Program-made: the position numbers and the translations under genes
Source of the DNA: an uncultured virus (IMG/VR IMGVR_UViG_3300050821_014397)
Lineage: Duplodnaviria; Heunggongvirae; Uroviricota; Caudoviricetes
IMG/VR virus record: IMGVR_UViG_3300050821_014397
Length of the DNA: 64,000 bases
Reading direction: 5' to 3' (one strand)
Notes under the pieces: model-generated
The model's database searches: none
What the model was told of the DNA's origin: nothing
Seen by the model: the letters and a program-made list of their open reading frames with translations, nothing else
Shown: positions 45,483-55,513 of the stretch, in pieces
Layout: each line of letters starts with the position of its first letter
How positions within the stretch are numbered: position 1 is the stretch's first letter

Positions 45483-48296
45483 TCAGGGCTGAGGTGGGGT
45501 TAGCTTCGCGGCTCGGGCTTGTGCGGCTTGTGTCCACTCGGCGAACTCGGCGTCTCGGTTTTGGGCGATTCGCTGGATGGCTTGCCGGATACGCTTGAGA
45601 TTACGGACGTTGTACGTGGGATTCCCAGCGCGTCCGCTTCTTCCGGGCTTATTAATCTTGTTTTGGGCATCAATTTTCTCCTGGTAATTACTATTATGTA
45701 CAAAGTCGCTGTCGTAGGCGCGCGGGACTACTGCTAGATCATGGACGTTGCCGTCGCGGCCAAAGGTTGCGTCGGAGGCGTTACTCACCGCCTCGAGAGT
45801 GGGGCCGACCCCCTTGTCAGCGATATTGACATCCACCAGGACGCCATTGGGAGTGCGCGAGACGTTGACGGGATAGCCGAGCTGGCGGCTGAATTCCTGA
45901 ATCGCGTTCTGGTCCACCTGATTGTCGTAGCGCCGCATGAACACCGAGAAGGTGCGATCCGCTGAGGGCGGGCCTTCGGCGTGGGGCACGGTGGTGAAGT
46001 GCGATGCGGCCATGCCGTCCTGGTTCAGATCCTGGCCCAGGATGGAGAGAAAGGCCTCGCGCTGGGGCTTATCCATCTGCACGAAACCCTTGCCGCCGGT
46101 GCCGCCCATGGGGATGCGCAGGTTGGGATTGATGTCGCCCTCGTAGGTGCCGTAGCCGTTCCACTCCAGGCGTGAGGTGTCGAGTTTCTGGCCGGTGAGG
46201 TGGCTCATCAGCTGACTGACCAGACTGGGATCGTCGCCATGCCGCATGGCGAAGTCGGTCATGGCGTTGCGCTGGATCTGTTCGTACTTCGCCTTGGCGT
46301 CCCGCACCCAGGGGATATTGGGGTCGTACTGCTCGAGCTGCGAGCGCATCTGGGTTGCCGCCGCGCCTGCCGGTGTCTTCGTCGTGGCGAACTCCACCGT
46401 GCCTACCGGAGTCCCCATGAAGTTCTCGCGCGTGCCGCTCATGACGTTGGGGAAGCGCGGGTCCATCATCGTCTCGAGGCTGATCTTGCCGCCCGGCGTC
46501 TCGATCCCGGCGTCGTTCAGCTCCTTGGTGATTCTGGGGAGCACCATGGCGTAGTCGTCGTAGGTGGATTTCGGGTCTTTGTCGAGGCGGTTCTGCACCC
46601 AGGTGGGGGCCTGGACCTGCCACGTCTCCCAGGGCTGCCCGCCTTCCGGCATGAGCGCGTTCTGCGCGTCCCGCACCTTGTTGGTGTACCGGCTCAGCAC
46701 CTCGTACAGCGCCGGGTTCTTGCCGATGTCGGAGCCCTTGATGCCGAATATGTCGGCCATCTGGACGTCGTTCACGCTCAAGGGGGGCCGGTTGTCCAGG
46801 CCGCTCGTGTATTGCATGGTGCCACTGAAGTTCTGGTACTTGTGCGTCCCCAGGCGGTCCAGTTCCGGGTTGAGCGCGTTGCGCACGCTGGCCGGGTCGC
46901 GCAGGTCGGTGTAGATCGGGACGTTCTGCAGGTTCTCCGCGTAGGTGCCAAGCGCGCGCTTCATGTTGGTGTAGGGCTTTGCGCCGCCCGAGGTGGCGGC
47001 CACGTTGTCGATGAAGCCGGGCTGCATCTCGCGCGGTATGTCAATGTGATCGCCGGTGAATGAATTGCCCGACAGTTCATACCAGTAGCGCGCGCGCTGC
47101 GGCAGTTGCATGGAGCGGTGGAGGAACTCCGCCGTCGGCGGGCGCGCGCCGGTCCTGCGGACCGCCTCCATCGCCGCCGATCCGCCGGGCAGCTCGCTCT
47201 CCTTGATGGAGTCCAGCCACATCCGGTCGTTGAGGTGGTTCGCCTCCTCGGCCCCCAGGTGAACGAACGGCAGGTAGCCTTCGCTGGGCGCGTTCATGTC
47301 GAGAGAGGAGAACGGCTGGCCGTTGATCAGCTTGGTCGGATCGGTGGAGACCACACGCTGCTCGTTTGGAATGCGCCGCTCGAGATCCTCGACCGAGCGG
47401 GCCAGCACGTCGCGTACCGGCGCTTCGGCGGCGGCCTCTACCGGGGCTGGCCGCCGGATCAGCTCCTGAATCTGGCGGGACATGGCGGCGGCCCGTTCAG
47501 CGGCGCTGTACACGCCACTGCCGAGCGAGGAGGCGCTCGTGATCGCCATATCGCGAATCGTGGCCGGGTCGAGGAACTTGCCCATGGGAGCGGTGGCTCC
47601 GCTATACATACCGCTCTGCTGGAGCCGGGCGTTGGCGGCCTCGCCAGCGGCCTGGAGTTCCTCCCGGGTGGGTAGCATGCTGATGGCGTCCTTGGCCAGT
47701 CGCGGCCCGTACTCGGCGAGGGCCTCCGGCACATTGTGCATCAGCCCGGTCATGGCGGCGCTGGCCAAGCCGCTGGTGACGGCCTGCCCGGGCGTGTCGG
47801 CCTTCAGGGCGTCGGCGGCGGCTGCACCCAGAATGGGGTCGCCCGCCGTAGCTGCGGTGGCAAGGCCGTAGCGGGCGACGTCGGGGAGCGTGCGCCCGGC
47901 GAACTGCATGGCATGCTGGAAGGGCTGGGTGCGGCCCGCCAGCTGATTCGGATCGGGGCCAACCTCTTCGCTGACTGCCTGGGAAAGCGGCTTGTCGCCC
48001 GCCACCCTGCCGCCGTAGAGACCCTCGGCTGGCTTGTAGAGCATGTTGGTCAGGTCGCCCATGCCCGACTGGAAGCCCAGCTGGAGGTCCAGGTTGGGAT
48101 TGAAGCTGGTGTCCGGCTGGACCGGCTTCGGTTGCGCTGGTTGCACCGGCGCAGGGGGCTGCCACTTGTGCGCGGCCTCCGGGTCGATAGCGAGCGGCAC
48201 GTCGGGGTTCCAGTCGCTCGCGGCGTTGGGGTTGACGTGGAGACTGGCGAGTGTCCGGCGGCGCAACCCCTGGGTAAAGGGGTCGTCGGGAAACAT
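45483..48296 (-). CDS. Large protein with central DUF7178-like domain
   Basis: WY...AATS...N..RA...KYQNF...VND..M...Y...QVQA..W motif order. Confidence 0.65.
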   Translation of the reverse strand: MFPDDPFTQGLRRRTLASLHVNPNAASDWNPDVPLAIDPEAAHKWQPPAPVQPAQPKPVQPDTSFNPNLDLQLGFQSGMGDLTNMLYKPAEGLYGGRVAGDKPLSQAVSEEVGPDPNQLAGRTQPFQHAMQFAGRTLPDVARYGLATAATAGDPILGAAAADALKADTPGQAVTSGLASAAMTGLMHNVPEALAEYGPRLAKDAISMLPTREELQAAGEAANARLQQSGMYSGATAPMGKFLDPATIRDMAITSASSLGSGVYSAAERAAAMSRQIQELIRRPAPVEAAAEAPVRDVLARSVEDLERRIPNEQRVVSTDPTKLINGQPFSSLDMNAPSEGYLPFVHLGAEEANHLNDRMWLDSIKESELPGGSAAMEAVRRTGARPPTAEFLHRSMQLPQRARYWYELSGNSFTGDHIDIPREMQPGFIDNVAATSGGAKPYTNMKRALGTYAENLQNVPIYTDLRDPASVRNALNPELDRLGTHKYQNFSGTMQYTSGLDNRPPLSVNDVQMADIFGIKGSDIGKNPALYEVLSRYTNKVRDAQNALMPEGGQPWETWQVQAPTWVQNRLDKDPKSTYDDYAMVLPRITKELNDAGIETPGGKISLETMMDPRFPNVMSGTRENFMGTPVGTVEFATTKTPAGAAATQMRSQLEQYDPNIPWVRDAKAKYEQIQRNAMTDFAMRHGDDPSLVSQLMSHLTGQKLDTSRLEWNGYGTYEGDINPNLRIPMGGTGGKGFVQMDKPQREAFLSILGQDLNQDGMAASHFTTVPHAEGPPSADRTFSVFMRRYDNQVDQNAIQEFSRQLGYPVNVSRTPNGVLVDVNIADKGVGPTLEAVSNASDATFGRDGNVHDLAVVPRAYDSDFVHNSNYQEKIDAQNKINKPGRSGRAGNPTYNVRNLKRIRQAIQRIAQNRDAEFAEWTQAAQARAAKLTPPQP

Positions 48297-48297
48297 C

Positions 48298-50874
48298 CTA
48301 CACTCCCTCGGGCGGCAGCGGCGGCGCTTCGTTGGGCGCGGGAGCCGTCTCCGGCCCCTCGCTCGGCAGGTTGCGCAGGACGGAATCGATCCCGGCCTGA
48401 TCCGCGTTGCGCTGGTGCTTCTCGCGCTCGACGCGCTGGGTCATGATATGCCGCAGGGTGTCGGCGTGCTCGCTCGCGTGGTGGCGGTGACTGTCGGCGA
48501 TCTCGCTTGCGTGGTGGCGGGTGTTTTCGGCGGTGACCTTGAGCATGGTCTGCCGCTCCTGGCTCTCGATCTTGGCGGCTTCGAGCTGGCCCTTCTGGGT
48601 GACGGCCTGCTGCTCGACCTGGAGCTTCGCCGTGTCGATCTGGTGCTTCGACTGCTGCGCCTGCTGTTTCAGTTGCAGCTCGGCCTTCTGCTGCTCGAGG
48701 ATCGGGTCCTGCTGTTGCTGCTGTTGTTGCTGCTGCTGGTCCTCGGCCTGATTCTGCTGGAGCAGCTTGCTGCTCGCCTCCTGCACGAGGCCCGATAGCT
48801 CGTTCTCCGCATCCGCCGGTAGGCGCGCGCCCAAAGGCGGCAGCTGCGTGCCCAGCTTCTGCTGGATCTGGCTTCTGTACTCGTAGGCCATGTGCTCGTT
48901 GAGGTGCGCCCACATGGCCTGGGTGATGGACGGCCCGAGCGGGTTCTGGCCGAGCGCGGATTTGGTCGAGGGGTCGTTGAGGAAATTCTGATGCACCTGG
49001 ATGTGCGCCATGTGGTTCTGCCACTCGAAGGCCTTGACCGGCTTCGAAGTGACCAGCGCCATGTTCTCGGCCACCGGGTCCATCGGCTCGGCGGCGGTCT
49101 TGTCGGGCACGATCTGCGCCGAGTTGTCGATGCCAAGGACCTCGAGGCAGCTGCGGTGCAGGAGCGGCAGGTCGTAGAGCTGCGGGGCTTGCGAGCTGAG
49201 CTGGATCGCGGCCTGATACTGCATGACTCTTTGGGCCATGGTCGAGGCTGCCGGATCAGAGACCGGCGTGACCGTGATCAGCTCGTTGTAGTCGGCCACC
49301 TTGATGTCGCGGCCCAGGCCGCCCGGCGGGTCGTACTCGTACTCGGGCGGGGTGTGGTCGCGGATGATCTCGGCGATCAGGCTCAGCTCCCGGGCGAGCG
49401 CGATATGCATGCGGGCCTGCACCGCCGTGATCACTTCGGTGGCGCGCTCGATGAGCGCGAGGATGGTGCCGACGGGCGCGTTCTGCGCGCTGGTGGTGAT
49501 GTCCAGCTCGGCAATCGAGGCGAAGCTCTTGCCCTCTTCCACCAGCATCTGGAGCAGCTGGAACAAAACCGCCGACGGCTCCTTGTAGGGCAGGAATGCA
49601 ATCGAGTCGAGGATCTTTCCGGCGGGCACGTCGACGTCCCGAAATTCTCCGGGCTGGATCGGGTCGTTGTCGCCCTTGATGCGCAGCTGGCGCGACTTGA
49701 GGCCGCCCGGCAGGTTGCTCAACGTGCCCGCGTCTACCAGCTGCCGCAGAATGCTGGTCGTGGAGTGGCCGATGCCGCCGATCAAATGGATTAAGCCCAA
49801 GCCGTAGGCCCCCTTCCAGGGGACGTAGCGGTAATGCACCCAGCTCAGCACCTTGGCGTGGCTCTCGTCGCCTTCGCGCCAGTTGCGGTAGATCGAGAGC
49901 ACCGCGCTACTGGCCTCGTCGATGGTGACGACGTAGGGCTTCGAGCTGCCGTCGATGGCGAGGTTGGTGGTGCATTCCCACAGGGTCAGCAGCTCGTTGC
50001 GCGAGTAGCTCGGGCCGATGCCGCTCAGCCGCTGGACCTTCTCCTCGATGCGGTCGGTGGTGAGGGTTGCGTTGCGGAACAGGGTCACGTCGCGGTAGAA
50101 GCCGATCTGCTGCAGCTCGATGATGTCGCCGTAGGCCTTCTTCATGACGTGCGTGTAGCGCGGGCACGTCTCGAGGTTGGGGAAGCCGTAGGGCATCAGG
50201 AAATCGTTGGCGGGCACGTACTGCGCGACAGGCCGCTTCAAGAGCGGATCGTAGTAGACCTTCTTGAAGGCCGAGCCGTCCACCGGGATGGCGAACAGGA
50301 GCTGCTCGGTCTCGTCGCGATACTCCAGCATCTTTTCGGTGAGCCAGAAGTTGATGTCGTCGCTGACCCTTTTGGCTTGCGCGATTTTGGCCTGATTGGA
50401 TTCGCCGACCACCTTGGCGGTGGCGGGGCCGGTGGGCGGAAACAGGCGCGTGATGCATTTGCTCTGAAACCGGACGCTGGCTTCCATGATCATCGGATGC
50501 ACGACGCCGCAGGCCCCGGGCCAGGGCGTGGTGCGCAGCTCGTCCTTGATGCCGAGCAGGTCCATGCCCTTGGTGAGCGCGTCTTCCCAGTCGCGGCGGC
50601 CCTGCTTGTCCTCGTCGATGGCGTAGCGGATGTCGCTTGAGATCTGCGCGAGCAGGTTATCGGGGATCACCTCGGCGAGGTTCGTATCGAAAGGCGCACT
50701 GGCGACGGATTCTTCCACCGACGGCGGTTCGCCTGCACCTTCGAGGTAGACGTCCACACTGCCATCGGAATTTTCGATAGAGAAGGCGTTGGGATCAACC
50801 GGCACTGAGGCCTGGGCAAGGCCGGTCGATCCCAGGCCATTGGAAAGTGGCGAAACCAATGGCCGGTCAATCAT
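48298..50874 (-). CDS. Portal protein
   Basis: PWPGACGVVHP, GSAFKKVYYD, YGLGLIH, LRQL.DAGTL.NLP.G.K, LPYKEPS. Confidence 0.9.
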   Translation of the reverse strand: MIDRPLVSPLSNGLGSTGLAQASVPVDPNAFSIENSDGSVDVYLEGAGEPPSVEESVASAPFDTNLAEVIPDNLLAQISSDIRYAIDEDKQGRRDWEDALTKGMDLLGIKDELRTTPWPGACGVVHPMIMEASVRFQSKCITRLFPPTGPATAKVVGESNQAKIAQAKRVSDDINFWLTEKMLEYRDETEQLLFAIPVDGSAFKKVYYDPLLKRPVAQYVPANDFLMPYGFPNLETCPRYTHVMKKAYGDIIELQQIGFYRDVTLFRNATLTTDRIEEKVQRLSGIGPSYSRNELLTLWECTTNLAIDGSSKPYVVTIDEASSAVLSIYRNWREGDESHAKVLSWVHYRYVPWKGAYGLGLIHLIGGIGHSTTSILRQLVDAGTLSNLPGGLKSRQLRIKGDNDPIQPGEFRDVDVPAGKILDSIAFLPYKEPSAVLFQLLQMLVEEGKSFASIAELDITTSAQNAPVGTILALIERATEVITAVQARMHIALARELSLIAEIIRDHTPPEYEYDPPGGLGRDIKVADYNELITVTPVSDPAASTMAQRVMQYQAAIQLSSQAPQLYDLPLLHRSCLEVLGIDNSAQIVPDKTAAEPMDPVAENMALVTSKPVKAFEWQNHMAHIQVHQNFLNDPSTKSALGQNPLGPSITQAMWAHLNEHMAYEYRSQIQQKLGTQLPPLGARLPADAENELSGLVQEASSKLLQQNQAEDQQQQQQQQQQDPILEQQKAELQLKQQAQQSKHQIDTAKLQVEQQAVTQKGQLEAAKIESQERQTMLKVTAENTRHHASEIADSHRHHASEHADTLRHIMTQRVEREKHQRNADQAGIDSVLRNLPSEGPETAPAPNEAPPLPPEGV

Positions 50875-50892
50875 GGGTCAATCATACCCCTC

Positions 50893-50930
50893 AAAAAAAG
50901 GCGGCGGAAGCACAATAGGCTCCGCCGCCT
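50893..50930 (-). terminator. Terminator-like hairpin upstream of portal
   Basis: GGCGGCGGA...TCCGCCGCC followed by T6 on minus strand. Confidence 0.6.
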
Positions 50931-51045
50931 GCTAAAACAGTGTCATCGCACTTACAGGTTCGATTCTACACCAAACCTGCAATCGGACTGCGTAAATTGG
51001 CTTGCATTGCCAACAGGCCAGATCTAGACTTCCGATAGTCGGCAT

Positions 51046-51450
51046 ATGGGACTAACCAGCCAGAAAGTTCAAGCCCACGTGATTACGGAAGACGTCAAGT
51101 ACGCGCCTTCCAAGAAATGTGTCGTCTGCGGCCTGCCGACTCGCATGGCCGCGCTGAAGTGTCTCCACTGCATCGAGGCGGCCTATCTGGCCGAGGAACG
51201 GGCCTATACGCGCCAGTGGCTTCTCGAGCATCCGGCGCTAGAGGTGGAGGTGGGGCACGACAAGCACGGGCTGCTGCATCTGTCGTTCCTGCGGGAGCGC
51301 CTGCGCAATGTGGGCTGGTGCGGAGAGCGGGTGACCCAGAAGCGGGACAAGCGCAAGCTGGTGGCGCGCCATGCGTTTCCGGCGACGGTGCCGGAGAAGA
51401 TCTGCGTGCCGTGTCTGGCGGCCTGGGATGAGATGGGGCTGGGGTCATGA
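51046..51450 (+). CDS. Cys-rich hypothetical protein
   Basis: Three CxxC pairs. Confidence 0.6.
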   Translation: MGLTSQKVQAHVITEDVKYAPSKKCVVCGLPTRMAALKCLHCIEAAYLAEERAYTRQWLLEHPALEVEVGHDKHGLLHLSFLRERLRNVGWCGERVTQKRDKRKLVARHAFPATVPEKICVPCLAAWDEMGLGS

Positions 51451-51620
51451 AGAAGACCAGCGTCGACGAGCTAGCGAGTTACCTCACCAAGCTGATCCTG
51501 GGAGGCGCGACCGAGGTGGGCCTCGAATTCATGGCTGGCTTCACGGTCCTTCGTTGGAAGTTTCCCGACCAGCCGGGCGGCGTCCTGCCGCTCGAGATGG
51601 ATATGGAGGAGAGCATATGA
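51447..51620 (+). CDS. Hypothetical protein (not in ORF track)
   Basis: MKKTSVDEL..., ATGA overlaps at both ends. Confidence 0.5.
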   Translation: MKKTSVDELASYLTKLILGGATEVGLEFMAGFTVLRWKFPDQPGGVLPLEMDMEESI

Positions 51621-51790
51621 CGCTTGCCGTATGGTTTTGGATCTTGATGGTCATCTGGCTGGTGTTTGGCTTTTGGAGCGGGTATACGCCCGGCCAGCCT
51701 TATCCGGTTCGCAGCTGGGGCGGAAACATTCTGCTGTTCGTATTATTCGCGCTGCTGGGGCTGGCGGCGTTCGGCGGCCCCATCAAGTAA
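51617..51790 (+). CDS. Small two-TM membrane protein
   Basis: WFWILMVIWLVFGFW...LLFVLFALLG..FG.PIK. Confidence 0.65.
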   Translation: MTLAVWFWILMVIWLVFGFWSGYTPGQPYPVRSWGGNILLFVLFALLGLAAFGGPIK

Positions 51791-51951
51791 GGCGCACGTG
51801 ATTCTGCTTCCCCCAGAACCGAACTTGGCTCGCGAGCTGGAGCTGGAGTACGGCTGCGAGCGCTGCCACAAAGTACCGGCGACGGAGATGTTCGACTCCC
51901 AGTTCGTCTGCTCTCCCTGCCGCCGGGAGCTAGAGGAGAAGTTGACCAAAA

Positions 51952-52323
51952 ATGGATGAACAGAGCGAGTTTAATTTCACGCAGCGTGACGAGATTCCGC
52001 TGGCGCGCAAGGGCGACCCGGTCACCTCCCACATCGCCGCCGAGAAACTGGTCGAGAGCGGCAAGTGGCGCGGCCAGAAGGGCGTCGTATTGACCTGGAT
52101 GCGGGAGCACAAGATCGACAAGGACCACAGTCTGACGGCGAGCGAGATGGCGCGGGAGAGTAACATCCGCCATCCGGTCTGTCACAAGCGGCTGCCCGAT
52201 CTGGAGGCGGCGGGCTGGGTGCGGAAGTGCGTCAAGCGCATTTGCAAAGTCACCGGCGAGCTGTGTTGGACATGGTGTCTGACCACCGCCGAGGAGCGCG
52301 CGGCGCTATCGAGGGTGGCATGA
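51952..52323 (+). CDS. Winged-helix DNA-binding protein
   Basis: ARKGDPVTSHIAA, LTASEM, KRLPDLE..G.V. Confidence 0.7.
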   Translation: MDEQSEFNFTQRDEIPLARKGDPVTSHIAAEKLVESGKWRGQKGVVLTWMREHKIDKDHSLTASEMARESNIRHPVCHKRLPDLEAAGWVRKCVKRICKVTGELCWTWCLTTAEERAALSRVA

Positions 52324-52478
52324 AGAATTGGGATCGCAACGAATACGTAAAGCAGTGCAACCTGCTCGGGAGCGCGCTGCGCCAGCTGGCCGACGTCCAC
52401 AACCAGTGGGCCGAGGAGTGCCGCGAGCGGTACGGTGAGGGACCTGAGGAAGTGCTTTTGACGGGGTACGAGGAATGA
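52320..52478 (+). CDS. Hypothetical protein
   Basis: ATGA overlap. Confidence 0.45.
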   Translation: MKNWDRNEYVKQCNLLGSALRQLADVHNQWAEECRERYGEGPEEVLLTGYEE

Positions 52479-52479
52479 T

Positions 52480-52632
52480 ATGGGGGCCGTGAAGCAGTAC
52501 GAGCTTGAGGAATTCTTCAAGGAAGAGGAGCGGCTGGATCGGGAGTGGGCGGAGGCAAACCCGGATCTGGTCCGGCAGGGCTTCGACCGCGAACTGGATG
52601 AAGCGTGGGAAGAAGCGCTCGAAAAGGATTGA
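52480..52632 (+). CDS. Small acidic hypothetical protein (not in ORF track)
   Basis: MGAVKQYELEEFF... Confidence 0.45.
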   Translation: MGAVKQYELEEFFKEEERLDREWAEANPDLVRQGFDRELDEAWEEALEKD

Positions 52633-52636
52633 CTGA

Positions 52637-53293
52637 ATGACACCAACGCCAACAACTATGCGGCCCGAGCTGACTCCGCTGCCGCCGCGCATGCTGCACC
52701 TGAAGGTGGACGCGAGAGGCTACGTCGTGCCCTGGTTCGTCGCCTGGGTGGACGGGGTGCCGGAGTTCCGCGCGATGGACGGGCGCAAATGGGTGGAGGC
52801 CGTGCGCTACAAGCTCTGCTGGGTGTGCGGCACGCGCCTGGGCGCGCACTTCGCCTTCGTGGTCGGGCCGATGTGTCTGGTCAGCCTGACGGCGAGCGAG
52901 CCGCCGAGCCACCTGCAGTGCGCCACCTGGAGCGCGATCAACTGCCCGTTCCTGAGCCGCCCGCGCATGGTGCGCCGCGAGAACGACCTGCCCCAGGGCA
53001 TGGTTGATCCGGCGGGCCTGCCGATCCTGCGCAACCCCGGGGTCACGGCGGTCTATGTGACCAAGGGCTTCCGCACGTTCAAGGACGACGCGGGCAAGCC
53101 GCTCATCAAAATGCCGGAGGAGCACACCGAGATCCACTGGTACGCCGAGGGCCGCAGGGCCACGCGCGATGAGATTCAGGAGTCCATCGACACCGGCCTG
53201 CCGATCCTGATGGAGATGGCGGAGAGGGAGGGGCTGGAAGCGGTGAAGGAGCTGAATGGGATGGTGCGGAGGCTGGACCGATGGCTGGAATGA
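52637..53293 (+). CDS. Conserved Zn-binding hypothetical protein
   Basis: GYVVPWF, LCWVCG, EPPSH..CA.WS...CPFL. Confidence 0.7.
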   Translation: MTPTPTTMRPELTPLPPRMLHLKVDARGYVVPWFVAWVDGVPEFRAMDGRKWVEAVRYKLCWVCGTRLGAHFAFVVGPMCLVSLTASEPPSHLQCATWSAINCPFLSRPRMVRRENDLPQGMVDPAGLPILRNPGVTAVYVTKGFRTFKDDAGKPLIKMPEEHTEIHWYAEGRRATRDEIQESIDTGLPILMEMAEREGLEAVKELNGMVRRLDRWLE

Positions 53294-53583
53294 CCTTCCC
53301 GCCGATGCGCCCGCAGCTCGAGATCCAGCTCAAGCACGACATGCTGATGTGCCTGATGGGCGACTCGAGGCTGCTCCAGGCCATCGTTCCCCGGCAGTAT
53401 CACGCGGCGCTCGCCATGGCGACGGACGCATTGTGCTGGGTGCTCCATCACGACGTGGAGAGCCACCCGCACTCGCATGCCGGGGATTTCGCGCAGTGCC
53501 TGAAAGATATTCAGGAAGGGCTGGAAAGCATCGGTGGTCCGTTTGAGCCGCCGCCCGATACCGAGTACGTCGTGGAGGAATGA
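53290..53583 (+). CDS. Hypothetical protein
   Basis: Coupled overlaps. Confidence 0.55.
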   Translation: MTFPPMRPQLEIQLKHDMLMCLMGDSRLLQAIVPRQYHAALAMATDALCWVLHHDVESHPHSHAGDFAQCLKDIQEGLESIGGPFEPPPDTEYVVEE

Positions 53584-53978
53584 TGCCCCGCTACCCCAAG
53601 CAGCCGCTCGAGGACAAGCTCGCCTGGATGCGCGACCGGCAGAACCAGAAGAAGGCCGAGGAGGATCTGCGCGCCAGGGAGGAGACCCGGCGCGCGCAGG
53701 TAGCCAGCGGGGCATCCTCCCCGGCGGAGGCCATACTGCGCGATCTGCTCCAGACCCTGGCGGCGCAGCGCCAGCCGGTGCGACCGGCACCGGCGGTGAC
53801 GCGGCAGATGCTGCGCGTCGGTCAGGTGGCGGAGATCCTGTCGGTCTCGGCCCGGACGGTGCAGCGCTGGTTCGCCGACCGGGCCGTCATCGTCCAAGGG
53901 CCTACCAAGACCACCATGCTGATCCCCCAGCAGGCCCTGGACGACTGGTTGCGCGAGCATGCGCCGAAGGTCAGTTGA
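53580..53978 (+). CDS. Excisionase-like HTH protein
   Basis: MLRVGQVAEILSVSARTVQRW...IP..ALDDWL; convergent with integrase. Confidence 0.7.
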   Translation: MMPRYPKQPLEDKLAWMRDRQNQKKAEEDLRAREETRRAQVASGASSPAEAILRDLLQTLAAQRQPVRPAPAVTRQMLRVGQVAEILSVSARTVQRWFADRAVIVQGPTKTTMLIPQQALDDWLREHAPKVS

Positions 53979-55248
53979 CGCTCGCGGCTTCCGCCGAGGC
54001 GCAGGCTTCGGCGAAGTTCGCGGCCTGCTTGGCGGCGGCCTGCCGGTTCTCGACGGCTTCCTGCATGCCGAGCACGTAGGGCGCGTAATACTTCTGGGTG
54101 GTGGCGATGGTGCGGTGGCCGAGCATGCGCCGCACGTCCTCGAGCGAGAGGCCCAGGTTGAGCATGTTGACCGCGAAGGAGTCGCGGAAGCGGTGCGGGC
54201 GCAGCGAGCCCTCGATCCCGAGCAGCACGCCCAGCTCGCGCAGCGGCGTGTCGAGCGCGATCTTCAGGTAGTTGTTGTGATCCTTGCGGGAGCCGTCGAA
54301 GAACGGATACATGCCCGCGCCGGGCTGGCTCGGATCGCCGCGCCACTTGAGGCAAGGCAGGGCGCGCAGCCGGTCAACCAGCGCCTGGGGCAGGAAGCAG
54401 ACCACCTCATCGCTGGTCTTGACCTGCGCGGTGATGTATCTGCCGCCATGCCGCGTGTTCACGATCCAGTCGGGGCGGAAGATGAGGGCGTCACTGCGGC
54501 GCAGCCCGGTCTCGTACATCAGCCACAGCATGGTGAGGAAGGTGTCGGGGTGGCGGAGGAGCGGGTTCCCCCGGCGGATCTTCTGGCGGGGCAGCTGGCC
54601 GCGCACGAAGGCCGGAACGGCTTCCTGAATGCGCAGCCAGTTGGCGTTGCCCTTGCGGTCGAGCGGCAGGGTGGCAATGCCTTTGTCCTGCTTCTTGCCC
54701 GCCATGATGTCTTCCTTGGTCAATTTCTTTTCGGTGATCGCCTCGACCGGCTTCCAGGGGTTCTTGACGAGGTCGTGAAAATTCACGCAGTAGTTGAAGA
54801 GGCACGAGGTGTACTTGCGCCAGTTATGGATCGTGTTCAGGCTCTTCTTCCGCCAGCCCTCCTGCAGCTCGTTGAGGTGCTGGCTGGTGACGTCCTTGAC
54901 GAAGACCACGCCCTTGGCGGTGAGCGGTTCGATCAGCACGTGCTTGACCGAGGAGTAGGCCTGCCATGTGGGCGAGTCCTCGACATACCTCCCTTGCCCC
55001 AGCCAGAGGTTGTAGGCGTCGATCAGCTTCAGAGCCTCGGGCTCCTCGGGGGCCTCCTTCCTGGGCGGCCACTCGGTGACCTTCTCGAGTTCGATTACCC
55101 TGGCTTCGGCGGCCTGCCGGGTGAGCTTGTCGACCTTACCATAGCGGTCGTAGACGGCGATGTTGATCGTGTGGCGCTTGATCTTCACGCCCATGTTATT
55201 CTTTCCCTCGACGTGATACCAGGGGCCTCGGATCTTCAGTTTCAGCAT
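53971..55248 (-). CDS. int: Tyrosine recombinase / integrase
   Basis: TGLRRSD, KT, HRFRDSFA, LGH, T..YY catalytic set. Confidence 0.92.
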   Translation of the reverse strand: MLKLKIRGPWYHVEGKNNMGVKIKRHTINIAVYDRYGKVDKLTRQAAEARVIELEKVTEWPPRKEAPEEPEALKLIDAYNLWLGQGRYVEDSPTWQAYSSVKHVLIEPLTAKGVVFVKDVTSQHLNELQEGWRKKSLNTIHNWRKYTSCLFNYCVNFHDLVKNPWKPVEAITEKKLTKEDIMAGKKQDKGIATLPLDRKGNANWLRIQEAVPAFVRGQLPRQKIRRGNPLLRHPDTFLTMLWLMYETGLRRSDALIFRPDWIVNTRHGGRYITAQVKTSDEVVCFLPQALVDRLRALPCLKWRGDPSQPGAGMYPFFDGSRKDHNNYLKIALDTPLRELGVLLGIEGSLRPHRFRDSFAVNMLNLGLSLEDVRRMLGHRTIATTQKYYAPYVLGMQEAVENRQAAAKQAANFAEACASAEAASVN

Positions 55249-55513
55249 CAAAATCTCCCTTGCTTGCCGGACGTTTCTCGTCCAACGAGCCAATCCTACC
55301 AGGATCTGATGCTGAAAACAAGCTACTTATTGCTAGCAAGCAAGAACGTCTTGTTCTGGAACCTGCAATTAAGCGCCTATGCCTTATTGATTCTACGGCT
55401 TAAGGCGTATCTTACATCACACGCAAAAACTACAAGAGTGACTGGTTCTTCAAACTTGCTGGACAAATTTTAGCCAAAAGGGAGAGACGTGTCTTATTTG
55501 GGTAGGGCTGGGT

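Noticed and set aside
51617..51790. Holin / lysis cassette
   Set aside because: Two TM segments only; no adjacent endolysin recognised
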